DNA of 35,270 nt from Candidatus Delongbacteria bacterium (GCA_003477045.1 DMTS01000159.1:3899-39168); one strand, 5' to 3'. Positions 8,942 through 18,353 are shown, numbered from the stretch's first letter. Program-made: numbers and translations. The notes: generated from the letters alone by a model not told the origin.

Positions 8942-9364
8942 ATGACAGCTTTACTGCTTATATTAACAATTCCTCTTTATTATGTTTTCAAAGGGATTAT
9001 CGTAAAAGAAACCAAAGCTCTTACGATCATAACATTAATAATTTTTGCTTTGAACATTTTGATCGTTTATTACATGAATTACAACTGGTTCAAAATAGCA
9101 GTGATGGTTTATCTGACATATACATTTGCTGATTATTTATGCTTGATCTTCCTTAAAAGGGTAATTATTGAAATTCCGTTAATGAGCAGAGTAAGCATAA
9201 TCAGCGAAGAAGCTGTTATAAACTACAGTTTATTTAGACCAGTCATACTAATACCTCTAAACATATTTCTATTTTTCAAGAAATACCCGAGGATCGGCCT
9301 GAACGATCAGATAGGAGTAAATGTGAAATCAAAAGATGGTACAAAAATAAATATCAAACTGTAA
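8942..9364 (+). CDS. Hypothetical membrane protein (about 3 TM) with C-terminal beta-hairpin
   Basis: Hydrophobic N-terminal half; C-terminus IGVNVKSKDGTKINIKL resembles the repeats of the next protein; tight operon spacing. Confidence 0.7.
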   Translation: MTALLLILTIPLYYVFKGIIVKETKALTIITLIIFALNILIVYYMNYNWFKIAVMVYLTYTFADYLCLIFLKRVIIEIPLMSRVSIISEEAVINYSLFRPVILIPLNIFLFFKKYPRIGLNDQIGVNVKSKDGTKINIKL

Positions 9365-9380
9365 AAAAAAGGAGAAAAAA

Positions 9381-9806
9381 ATGCCTAACGAAAAAGAAAA
9401 AAAACAAATACTTGTTATGCTTGAACAGGGAAAGATCACTGCAGAACAGGCTGAAAAACTTCTTAGGGCTGTAGATGTTCCCGAAAGCGAAAGTGAATCA
9501 AAAAGACCTGAACCGTCAAAAAATCTTGATAAGTTATCTACGGGCGGAGTGAAGATCAAGGGTAAATTCAAAGTGGAAGTCGAAAGCGCTGACGGTGATA
9601 ATGTAATGATTACATTGCCCCTGATGCTTGCGAAGCTTGCTTTCAATATGATGCCTGCTCAAAAGCTTAACGAGATCAAGTCCAACGGAGTTGACATTGA
9701 GCAGATCGTCAACAACATTGAAGAATTCATCGATATGGTCGATGAGGATATTGTGAATGTAGAAAGCGCAAACGGAGATAAAGTCAGGATCTATATTGAG
9801 AAGTAG
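9381..9806 (+). CDS. SHOCT-like (YvlB/LiaX N-terminal type) domain protein
   Basis: N-terminus EKKQILVMLEQGKITAEQAEKLLRAV; internal repeat VEVESADGDNV / VNVESANGDKV; AGGAG SD. Confidence 0.85.
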   Translation: MPNEKEKKQILVMLEQGKITAEQAEKLLRAVDVPESESESKRPEPSKNLDKLSTGGVKIKGKFKVEVESADGDNVMITLPLMLAKLAFNMMPAQKLNEIKSNGVDIEQIVNNIEEFIDMVDEDIVNVESANGDKVRIYIEK

Positions 9807-9820
9807 TATTTGTTTTCTTT

Positions 9821-9853
9821 TCAGAACAGCTGCAGATTAAGCAGCTGTTCTGA
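9821..9853 (+). terminator. Intrinsic terminator closing the SHOCT operon
   Basis: Perfect 13-bp stem TCAGAACAGCTGC-N7-GCAGCTGTTCTGA followed by TTTATCTTTT. Confidence 0.8.
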
Positions 9854-9873
9854 TTTATCTTTTAAAAAACATC

Positions 9874-9902
9874 TTGACCTTAAGTAGGTTTTATATCATA
9901 TT
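9874..9902 (+). promoter_or_regulatory. Candidate sigma70 promoter
   Basis: TTGACC-N17-CATATT, about 20 nt upstream of the GTG at 9923. Confidence 0.5.
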
Positions 9903-9922
9903 TAGGTAAAAACAAGGTATAA

Positions 9923-10411
9923 GTGGAAGAATCAAAACGCACAGAAAGCTCAATTCCCGCAAAAAAAATCGACATTATCGGTTTTTTGATGGTAATATCC
10001 CCTCTGATATCTTCCATTTTTCTTTGGTATTGGTTTTTATATATTGATGTTATTGTAGTAATGACTCAGTATATTTTTGTTGTGCTTGCGCTTACCGTAT
10101 TATTTACAACCATTCTTGCGACAATTGACTCGCACAGGCTTGGTTTAAAAGTCCGAATATTCGGGAAAAAAGAGATATACGGTGGGAGCTTTCTAAAGTT
10201 TTTTATTTTTCTGCTTCTTTGGATGTACTCATATCCGGTATATTTGTTCAGGCGCGGAAAATATGGTGGAAGGAACCTTCTTTATCCGATGATATTTTCA
10301 ATTGTCATATTTATTATATCTTCAAGCTACATTTACTATGCGCTGGAACTAAGGTATGTCGAAGAGGACGCTCTGCAGCGCAGAAAGCTGTATCACAGGA
10401 ACACAAGATGA
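9923..10411 (+). CDS. Hypothetical membrane protein (about 4 TM)
   Basis: 162-aa ORF with four hydrophobic segments; motif IDSHRLG...LLWMYSYPVYLFRR. Confidence 0.7.
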   Translation: MEESKRTESSIPAKKIDIIGFLMVISPLISSIFLWYWFLYIDVIVVMTQYIFVVLALTVLFTTILATIDSHRLGLKVRIFGKKEIYGGSFLKFFIFLLLWMYSYPVYLFRRGKYGGRNLLYPMIFSIVIFIISSSYIYYALELRYVEEDALQRRKLYHRNTR

Positions 10412-11026
10412 TCATTCCGTCTTTGTGAGTTTTTCAAGGATGTTTTCGTTAACGATCTGTCTGGCATCGCGGGAGTCAACAGAAGAGACAAAATCCTTAT
10501 CCAGAAAGTCCCCTAGAATATTTTCAATCAGATCAACTTTTGCGTTTATCAAATCTCTGAATGCCCTCTGGTGTATTTTGAATATTTTTTCATGATCAAG
10601 TAAAATTTCCTCAGAAAGTCTTTTATCAATTGAGAGATAATCCAGTAAAGTTTTATTGTAATCCGTAAGTTTAATGAAATAATCAGACCTTTGTTTATCC
10701 AGTTTTTTTAGATCTGACAGGTCTTCAGGATATTTTATCTTAAGCAGCAGCTCCGTTTCTCTATCCAGGATCTTTTTTGTTTCCCCGTAAAGGTAATCCG
10801 CCACTTCGGTCTGATTATTCAGTCTGGCTACTTCAAGAGCAGTGAGCCCTCTGCTGTTCGTTGACAGTACAGAAATCCCTCCCTCTATAAGCGATTTAAC
10901 CTCTTCAATATCTCCGTTCTTTATAGCATCAAACAGCTTATCATCATCGGAAGTGCACGAAAGTAACGAAAGTAGTGTCACGCCGGCGAAAAGGAAAAAT
11001 AATAATTTGCCTAATTTAGTTTTCAA
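10412..11026 (-). CDS. Ankyrin-repeat lipoprotein
   Basis: Lipobox LLS-C; two ankyrin-like repeats LFDAIKNGDIEEVKSLIEGG...RGLTALEVARLNNQTEVADYL; TTG start overlaps the tyrS stop (TTGA). Confidence 0.8.
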   Translation of the reverse strand: MKTKLGKLLFFLFAGVTLLSLLSCTSDDDKLFDAIKNGDIEEVKSLIEGGISVLSTNSRGLTALEVARLNNQTEVADYLYGETKKILDRETELLLKIKYPEDLSDLKKLDKQRSDYFIKLTDYNKTLLDYLSIDKRLSEEILLDHEKIFKIHQRAFRDLINAKVDLIENILGDFLDKDFVSSVDSRDARQIVNENILEKLTKTE

Positions 11027-12249
11027 CGGACAACCTTAATGTTCAGATAAATTTTCTTTCCTTTTTTAAGCTCTATTATATCATTGCAGTAATCTGAAGC
11101 TGAAATAGTTTTAGCGACATCTTCCACTTTTACGCCATTCATTGTCAACCCGCCCTGAAGGATCATCCTTTTAGCCTCACTTTTCGAATCGAACAATCCT
11201 GCGTTTACACAGATATCTGCAAGTAATTTTCCGTTCAAAAGATTTATATTCATATTTATTTCCGGAGCACCATCAGCGGAACCTTTTCTGAATAGATTCA
11301 TAGCCGCTTCTTTTGCTTTGTCAGCTTCGGATTTTCCGTGAACAATTTTTGTAGCTTCATAAGCAAGAATTTCTTTTGCCTCATTTAGCTCTTCGCCCTT
11401 CATAGCTGAGTATCTTTCAATTTCTGAAATAGGCAGGAAGGTATAAATTTTCATAAATCTGACTACATCATCGTCTGTAGTATTTCTCCAGTATTGAAAA
11501 TATTCAAACGGACTTGTCATCTCAGCATCAAGCCAAATAGCTCCTCCTTCGGATTTCCCCATTTTCTTTCCGTCAGATCTGGTAAGAAGGGGATTGGTCA
11601 TCCCGAAAACTTCCTTGCCTTCGATCCTGCGTACAAGCTCCACTCCCGCTATTATGTTCGACCACTGGTCGTCACCGCCGATTTCAAGTGTGCACTGGAA
11701 TTTCTTATACAGAGTGAAATAATCGTAAGCCTGAAGTATCATGTAATTAAATTCAAGAAACGACAGCCCTTTTTCCATTCTTATTTTAAAACAATCAGCT
11801 GTAAGCATTCTGTTCACCGTGAAATGCGGACCTATCTTCCTTATAAAATCAATATAATTTTCAAAACCCAGCCAGTCATAATTGTTAACTAAAAGTGCTT
11901 TTTCTTCTGAAAAATCAATAAATCTGGAAAGTTGAGCCTGAATGCCGCGCATGTTTTCCTGAATTTTCTCTTCAGTAAGCATTTCACGCATACTGTCTCT
12001 ACCGCTCGGATCTCCGATCAAAGCCGTTCCTCCGCCGACTACACAGATAGGTCTGTGCCCGGCCATCTGCATCCGTGCCAGGATCATGATAGGTATAAGA
12101 TGTCCTACATGAAGAGATGATTTTGTGGGGTCAAAACCGGCGTAAACACTTAAAGAAGGACCATTAAGGATAGACTTCAACCTTTCGAGTTCGATTGTTG
12201 ACTGTTTTACAAGGCCTCTTGAATTAAGTTCTTCAAACAGTTGTGTCAT
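11023..12249 (-). CDS. tyrS: Tyrosine--tRNA ligase
   Basis: YAGFDPT, HVGH, IGDPSG, GGDDQWSNI, KMGKS and a C-terminal S4-like domain. Confidence 0.97.
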   Translation of the reverse strand: MTQLFEELNSRGLVKQSTIELERLKSILNGPSLSVYAGFDPTKSSLHVGHLIPIMILARMQMAGHRPICVVGGGTALIGDPSGRDSMREMLTEEKIQENMRGIQAQLSRFIDFSEEKALLVNNYDWLGFENYIDFIRKIGPHFTVNRMLTADCFKIRMEKGLSFLEFNYMILQAYDYFTLYKKFQCTLEIGGDDQWSNIIAGVELVRRIEGKEVFGMTNPLLTRSDGKKMGKSEGGAIWLDAEMTSPFEYFQYWRNTTDDDVVRFMKIYTFLPISEIERYSAMKGEELNEAKEILAYEATKIVHGKSEADKAKEAAMNLFRKGSADGAPEINMNINLLNGKLLADICVNAGLFDSKSEAKRMILQGGLTMNGVKVEDVAKTISASDYCNDIIELKKGKKIYLNIKVVR

Positions 12250-12288
12250 GGGATCTCCGCAATTAGATTACTTTTATTTTTCGCGTGA

Positions 12289-12317
12289 AATATAATGTTG
12301 CGGTTTAATATTTACAA
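12289..12317 (-). promoter_or_regulatory. Candidate sigma70 promoter for tyrS
   Basis: Minus strand TTGTAA-N17-TATATT. Confidence 0.55.
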
Positions 12318-12352
12318 GAACAATAATTTGTCAGAACAAAAGAAGTTTTAAA

Positions 12353-12381
12353 TTGCCTAAAATACAGGTTTTACATATATT
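12353..12381 (+). promoter_or_regulatory. Candidate sigma70 promoter for glnS
   Basis: TTGCCT-N17-TATATT, divergent from the tyrS promoter. Confidence 0.55.
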
Positions 12382-12418
12382 TACGCGGGTTTAATAAAAT
12401 CAAGTAAGGTGCGATGTA

Positions 12419-14077
12419 ATGGAAAAAGCGGAAAGAAAAGATGGACTGGGTTCAAATTTCATTAAAACATTTATAGAAGAGGACCTAAAAGATAAAAGAT
12501 TCGATCGCGTTCACACAAGATTTCCACCGGAACCGAACGGTTATCTTCACATCGGACATGCCAAAGCAATAACGATCAGCTATGAAACAGCCAAAGAATT
12601 CGGCGGGCTTTATAACTTAAGATTCGACGATACAAATCCTGTTAAAGAAGATACTGAATATGAGGAAGCGATAAAAAGAGACATAAAATGGCTGGGTTAT
12701 GATTGGGAAGACAGGCTGTATTATGCTTCGGACTATTTCGACCAGCTTTTTGAATACGCACTTAAACTCATAAATAAAGGGCTTGCTTATGTATGTGACC
12801 TTTCACAGGACGAAATAAGGGAATATAGAGGTTCTCTGACAGAGCCCGGAAAAGAAAGTCCTTACAGGAATAGATCTATTGAAGAAAACCTGGATATGTT
12901 CATGAGAATGAAGAACGGCGAGTACGAAGAGGGTTCTAAAGTTCTAAGAGCTAAAATAGACATGTCAAGTCCGAATATCAATCTGAGAGATCCTGTGATG
13001 TACCGGATCCTGAAAAAAAATCACCACAGATCGGGAGATAAATGGGTAATTTATCCGTCTTACGATTTTACGCATGGTCAATCCGATTCGCTCGAAAGAA
13101 TTACTCACTCTTTATGTGATATTTCGTTTGAAAACCACAGACCTCTGTATGAATGGTTCCTTGAGAAACTTGACATTTTCAGATCAAGGCAGATCGAATT
13201 TGCAAGGCTGAATTTGACTTATACTATTACGAGTAAAAGATTCTTGAAGCAGCTTGTTGATCTGAATATCGTAGAGGGATGGGACGATCCGAGAATGCCT
13301 ACGCTGATCGGACTCAGGAGAAGAGGGGTGCCTCCAGAGGCTATTATAGAATTTATGATGAGTGTAGGAATTAGTAAAAAAGAGAATGTAATAGATATCG
13401 CGAACTTCGAATACTGTATCAGGGAAAATCTTAAAAAGACCAGTTCGCATATTATGGCTGTTTTGGATCCGGTAAAACTTACTTTAGTTAATTATCCTGA
13501 AAGCGGATCTGAATATATGGAAATGGACTCCTTACCAAATTCGCCTGATGAAAATAAAAGGAAGATAGCTTTCAGCAAAGATATTTTCGTAGAGAGGAAC
13601 GACTATTCTGATGCTGACGATCCTTCATTCTACAGACTGTCTCCGGGAAAATATGTAAAATTAAGAAAAGCGTATATAATCAAGTGCCTATCGGCAAAAA
13701 AAGACCTGAACGGAAATGTTCAGGAAATTTTGTGCGAGTACATTCCCGATACTAAAACCGGAACCGAGTACAACGGCAAGAAGATAAAAGGAATAATTCA
13801 CTGGGTTTCTCAGTCGGATTCAACGGAATGCACCGTCAGATTATATGACAGACTTTTTACCGTCGAAAATCCTCTCGATGCAAAAGACAAGGAGTTTACG
13901 GAACTTATAAATTATGATTCGATGAAGATACTTTCCAACTGCAGAATAGAGAAACATGCTCTCGGAGCAAACCGCGAAGACAGATTCCAGTTTGAGAGAA
14001 ACGGTTATTTTTGTGTTGACATGAAGGATTCAAACGAAAAAGAACTTGTTTTCAATAGAACTTTAACTCTTAGATAG
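12419..14077 (+). CDS. glnS: Glutamine--tRNA ligase
   Basis: TRFPPEPNGYLHIGHAK, RFDDTNP, QIEFARLNL, SKR, GWDDPRMPT, FQFERNGYF, FNRT. No YqeY tail. Confidence 0.97.
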   Translation: MEKAERKDGLGSNFIKTFIEEDLKDKRFDRVHTRFPPEPNGYLHIGHAKAITISYETAKEFGGLYNLRFDDTNPVKEDTEYEEAIKRDIKWLGYDWEDRLYYASDYFDQLFEYALKLINKGLAYVCDLSQDEIREYRGSLTEPGKESPYRNRSIEENLDMFMRMKNGEYEEGSKVLRAKIDMSSPNINLRDPVMYRILKKNHHRSGDKWVIYPSYDFTHGQSDSLERITHSLCDISFENHRPLYEWFLEKLDIFRSRQIEFARLNLTYTITSKRFLKQLVDLNIVEGWDDPRMPTLIGLRRRGVPPEAIIEFMMSVGISKKENVIDIANFEYCIRENLKKTSSHIMAVLDPVKLTLVNYPESGSEYMEMDSLPNSPDENKRKIAFSKDIFVERNDYSDADDPSFYRLSPGKYVKLRKAYIIKCLSAKKDLNGNVQEILCEYIPDTKTGTEYNGKKIKGIIHWVSQSDSTECTVRLYDRLFTVENPLDAKDKEFTELINYDSMKILSNCRIEKHALGANREDRFQFERNGYFCVDMKDSNEKELVFNRTLTLR

Positions 14078-14181
14078 AGTAAAAACAAAGCTTGTATGAA
14101 GTATTTTCTTGTTGATATTTATCTGTGAGGAGACTATATTATGAGGGTTTTAAACCAAGAAAAAATGACAGGGGTAAAAAA

Positions 14182-15645
14182 ATGAACAAATTCACTATCT
14201 TTCTTTTAACAGCGCTTCTGATAATTACTTCATGCAAACAGAAGGATATTTCGAACCTAATTCTGGCAGAATTCAAGGGAGGAAAAATTGCCGTAGCGGA
14301 TTTTGAGAGATCGATAATTGAAACTAAATATAACGGTGATCTTGAAAAAGCCTATCTGAGTTCATTCGAAGATCGCAGAAGCCATCTTAGAGATATGGTT
14401 TACAGAGAACTTATCTACGATCTGGCAGAAAAGAACAGTATAGACACTATAAAAACAGTCAAAGAGGAATTTACAAAAAAGCTATACTCGCAGGCTATTG
14501 TCAATGGTTTCGTTATAGACAGCATAAGCAGCAAGATATATTCAAATGACGAGGTCAGAAAGACATTTGAGCAGAAAAAAATAAAATATTTCCCTAAGCA
14601 TATTCTGATCGATATCAGCAAGCATAAAGATGCCCCGGCAAAAGCAAAGATCGATTCGGTTTATCTGAAATTGAAGAACGGCGAGAAATTTGAGGATCTT
14701 GCTAAAACATATTCCGATGATATAAAGACAGGAGTAAGCGGTGGTGAGTTGGGCTGGGTCTTTTGCTATGAAATGGTAAAAGAGTTTGAGGATCAGGTAT
14801 TGAAAATGAAGGACGGAGAATATTCCGAGCCTTTCAAGTCTCAGTACGGATATCATATACTGTACCTTTCAAGTTCGAAGAAGAACGAAGCATTGAAAAG
14901 CTTTGAAAAAGAAGAGGCCGCCATAAGAAACGATTTGAATAAAAAATACTCAGTAAAGTTTAACGAAACAGTTTTGAAACTTATTGAAGATCTTATGGTT
15001 AGATACGAAGTAAAAATTGATTCAGCCAATATAAAGCAGTTTATAAAACAGACAAAAAACTACGAAGAAAAGGCTAAAAATGACGACAAAGCTGATCCTT
15101 TAGATCATTTTACAGATCTTGAGAAAAAGGCTCTTTTTTCAGAATATGACGGCATACGGATAGATGCGAATAAAGTTATAGCCGCGCTTAAAACATTCCC
15201 GAAAGACAAAAGGCCGGAACTTGATGGTTATAATGACATAAGGATGTTCATAATCGAAAAGATAAGAAATAATCTTCTCGAAAGAAGGGTTGATGAACTC
15301 GGATACACAAAAAAGAAGACATTTATTGAAGCTGCAAAATCATCGATGTACGGGTCATACAGGGAAAAGATAATTCAGAAGTATGTAAAATCCAATATTG
15401 CTGAGCCATCAGAAGAAGAGTTGAAGAAATATTACGAAGAAAACATGGAAGTTTTTAAAAACGATGACGGAAGCTATAAAGAATTTATTAAGGTTAAGGC
15501 CAGCATTTCTAATTCGATAAAAGGAAAAAAATTCACGACTTCGTTAAAAGAATGGGAAAACGGGACATTCAATGATTATGGCGTAAGAATTAATTATAGC
15601 TTGCTTGAAGACACGTTCCAAAAAGTAGGGGATGATAAAAAATAA
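14182..15645 (+). CDS. Parvulin-type peptidyl-prolyl isomerase lipoprotein (PrsA/SurA-like)
   Basis: Lipobox ITS-C from ATG 14182; rotamase motifs HILI, FEDLAKTYSDD, GGELGW and EPFKSQYGYHIL. Confidence 0.9.
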   Translation: MNKFTIFLLTALLIITSCKQKDISNLILAEFKGGKIAVADFERSIIETKYNGDLEKAYLSSFEDRRSHLRDMVYRELIYDLAEKNSIDTIKTVKEEFTKKLYSQAIVNGFVIDSISSKIYSNDEVRKTFEQKKIKYFPKHILIDISKHKDAPAKAKIDSVYLKLKNGEKFEDLAKTYSDDIKTGVSGGELGWVFCYEMVKEFEDQVLKMKDGEYSEPFKSQYGYHILYLSSSKKNEALKSFEKEEAAIRNDLNKKYSVKFNETVLKLIEDLMVRYEVKIDSANIKQFIKQTKNYEEKAKNDDKADPLDHFTDLEKKALFSEYDGIRIDANKVIAALKTFPKDKRPELDGYNDIRMFIIEKIRNNLLERRVDELGYTKKKTFIEAAKSSMYGSYREKIIQKYVKSNIAEPSEEELKKYYEENMEVFKNDDGSYKEFIKVKASISNSIKGKKFTTSLKEWENGTFNDYGVRINYSLLEDTFQKVGDDKK

Positions 15646-17075
15646 TGAGAGTTTTATTTAAATTTGTATTAGTGACGGTTTTTTCTATCTTAACCGTTTT
15701 GCAAGCTCAGTATTCAGAACTGCTGACTCCTTTTTCTGACAATATACCTTTAGTCGTAGTAAAAGGGGACACAATTAGAGAGTATAGTATTTTCGGCTAT
15801 CCTTCTTCTGTAAAGGAAAGAAAAAAGCTTCCTGTCTCGGAAAGACAAAAGATAATCGATGAATATGTTTTTAATCTGTTGCTCCAAACAGAAGGTGATA
15901 TTCCAGAGGTGATGAACTCAGAAGAATACAAGAAGAATTATAACGAACTTGTATCAAAAAATGCTGTTGAGCATCTTAAGGACCTTCTTATCGAAGAAAA
16001 TTTTCTGACTGAAAAAAAAATATCAGCATATTACAAAGAAAATAGAAGCAAATATCCTGATTTCAAAAGCGAAGAAGGCAGAAAAAAAGTCATTTCAGAT
16101 ATGAAAAAACAAAAAGATCCGGAAATAAAAAAATATGTTTCAGATTACCTTGGCAAACTGAAAAAAGATAACAATGTTGTTTATTCTGATGATTTATTTA
16201 AAGAAGTAGCTGCAATAAAAGCTAAAGATAGCGAGGAGTTTTCTGATTCAGTTAAAATGATCGGGCTTAATAAAGAGATCATTAAATGCGGGGATCAAAC
16301 TGTTCAGTTGAGATATCTATATGATCAGATCCGGCTGGTCAAGCCTTACCATTTACAAAATCTTTCGGATATCAAGATGCTTAAAGCTATGTCAGAAGGA
16401 AAAATACTCAATTCGCTACTTAAAAAGAAAGCTGAAACAAAAGGACTTTTTAAAAACAAGTTGGTGATTCAGCAAACAAAAGATCAGCTCAAGTACTTCA
16501 TCGCAGGAAAATATAAAGAAATAATTTCAAGTGACAGTAAATTCATTCCGAATAAAGAAGAAATGATAGACTATTATATTGCGCATAAAGACGACGAGGA
16601 ACTTAAAAGTAAAAGAAAAATGTGGGTTTTTGAAATTTTTAAATTTTATGACAACAGCGACGATAAAAAAGATAACGACAAGATAAAGGTCGCAATAGAG
16701 CTCGAAAATATAAGACAGAAGATAATCAGCGGCGAAGAATTCGAAAAGTATGCCAAATTTTATCCGAGACCGCATACAAAAGACGGAGAACTGGGATTTA
16801 TTTTTGAATCGGATCATGCTCTTGTCGGAAAAACTGCCGCGAAGATGAATGAAGGCGATATTTCTGATCTGATAATTCAGGAAAAGGCGATCTCTATAAT
16901 AAAGGTGACCAAGGTTCAAGAATCTATGCTATACAAATTTGAGTATGTTGAAGAGATAATCAAAAGAAATCTGATAGCATCAAAAAGAGAAAGTTTCCTC
17001 GAAAATTACAGGAAAGAACTTTTTAAAAAATACAAAGTCGATGTAATAGCGAATAAGGAAGAGGAGAAAAAGTGA
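15645..17075 (+). CDS. Periplasmic SurA/PrsA-like protein with degenerate parvulin domain
   Basis: Signal peptide; GEEFEKYAKFY...DGELGFI...GDISDLI rotamase scaffold without the two conserved His; TAATG coupling to the previous gene. Confidence 0.75.
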   Translation: MRVLFKFVLVTVFSILTVLQAQYSELLTPFSDNIPLVVVKGDTIREYSIFGYPSSVKERKKLPVSERQKIIDEYVFNLLLQTEGDIPEVMNSEEYKKNYNELVSKNAVEHLKDLLIEENFLTEKKISAYYKENRSKYPDFKSEEGRKKVISDMKKQKDPEIKKYVSDYLGKLKKDNNVVYSDDLFKEVAAIKAKDSEEFSDSVKMIGLNKEIIKCGDQTVQLRYLYDQIRLVKPYHLQNLSDIKMLKAMSEGKILNSLLKKKAETKGLFKNKLVIQQTKDQLKYFIAGKYKEIISSDSKFIPNKEEMIDYYIAHKDDEELKSKRKMWVFEIFKFYDNSDDKKDNDKIKVAIELENIRQKIISGEEFEKYAKFYPRPHTKDGELGFIFESDHALVGKTAAKMNEGDISDLIIQEKAISIIKVTKVQESMLYKFEYVEEIIKRNLIASKRESFLENYRKELFKKYKVDVIANKEEEKK

Positions 17076-18334
17076 TCTTCAGGAAAATAAATTTACTTTT
17101 ATTATTGATTGCGGTTGTATCATTAAGTGCGGAAATAGCAGACAGAATTCTCGCAGTAGTCGGCGACGAAGTGATACTTAAAAGTGAAGTGGATCAATAT
17201 GTTGAGCACCAGAAATATTCCTCAAAAGCTAATTTTGATGAACACGAATTAAGATCAAAAGTACTCGATGAGCTTGTATCAAATATGGTTATGTATGATA
17301 TTGCATTAAGGGACTCTACAATAAAAGTTTCTGACGAAGAAGTTCAGCGCATGCTCGATAGCAGAATAAGTGCAATAATAGAACAGGTCGGAAGCGAAGC
17401 CAAGTTCGAGGAAATGTACAATACGACAGTGAGCGATCTTAAAAAACAGTATCGATCAGATATAAGAAAGAATCTCTTTATTGACCGTATTAAAAATAAA
17501 TATATCCAGAAAGTTTCCGTAAGCCGGAATGAAGTTGAGGATTTTTTCAACATGTTCAAAGATTCCATCCCTCCAGCCAAAGCCACAGTGTCTTTAAGCC
17601 AGCTGGTAATTAATTTTTCAAAAGATGCCCTTCAAAAAACAAAAAGCATTGAAATTCTCAAGGACATAAAATCAAAAATAACTTCCGGTGAGATCAGCTT
17701 CGAAGCTGCAGCAGAACTTTATTCGCAGGATGAAGCGACCAGGAAAAAAGGGGGCAGTCTGGGGGTCACTAAAAGGGGAGATCTTGTTTCAGAATACGAA
17801 AGGACTGCATTCAATCTTGAACCGGGTGAGATTTCGGAGCCGGTCAAGACATCGTTCGGATATCATATTGTTAAATTAATTGAAAAAACAGGGGAGAAAA
17901 TAAATACTTCACACATACTTATAACCCCGTCAAGTTCGATCGACAACGATTCGACAGCTATGAAATTTACTTACTCTCTTAGAGATTCGGTCATAAATAA
18001 AAAAATGGCTTTTGAGGAAGCCGTTAAAAAATACAGCAGCGATGAAAAAACGAAATATTCTGATGGAAATATTGGCACAGTTGAGATAGATCAGCTTGAT
18101 AAGAAATACATTGAAATATTTTCGAACGCCGATGTTGGATCATTAACCGAACCGATTAAAGAAAAAGACGGATATTATATTTATAAAGTTAACGACAAGA
18201 AAAATGCGCACAAGATCGAATTAAATTCGGATTTCAGTTATTTAAAAAACCTTACTCTTGAGATGAAAAGAAAAGCTGAACTGAAAAAATGGATTGAAGA
18301 ATTAAGAAAAAAAGTGTATATTGAGGTCAAGTAA
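17072..18334 (+). CDS. surA: SurA-like chaperone/PPIase
   Basis: ADRILAVVGDEVILKSEV SurA N-domain plus two parvulin domains (SFEAAAELYSQD..GGSLG..FGYHIVKL; SHILI..FEEAVKKYSSD). Confidence 0.88.
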   Translation: MIFRKINLLLLLIAVVSLSAEIADRILAVVGDEVILKSEVDQYVEHQKYSSKANFDEHELRSKVLDELVSNMVMYDIALRDSTIKVSDEEVQRMLDSRISAIIEQVGSEAKFEEMYNTTVSDLKKQYRSDIRKNLFIDRIKNKYIQKVSVSRNEVEDFFNMFKDSIPPAKATVSLSQLVINFSKDALQKTKSIEILKDIKSKITSGEISFEAAAELYSQDEATRKKGGSLGVTKRGDLVSEYERTAFNLEPGEISEPVKTSFGYHIVKLIEKTGEKINTSHILITPSSSIDNDSTAMKFTYSLRDSVINKKMAFEEAVKKYSSDEKTKYSDGNIGTVEIDQLDKKYIEIFSNADVGSLTEPIKEKDGYYIYKVNDKKNAHKIELNSDFSYLKNLTLEMKRKAELKKWIEELRKKVYIEVK

Positions 18335-18353
18335 TAATTACGGGAATCAAGAA

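Noticed and set aside
12250-12418. T-box leader for tyrS or glnS
   Set aside because: The 169-nt divergent spacer holds two promoters close to the starts; no T-box consensus or terminator/antiterminator is visible.
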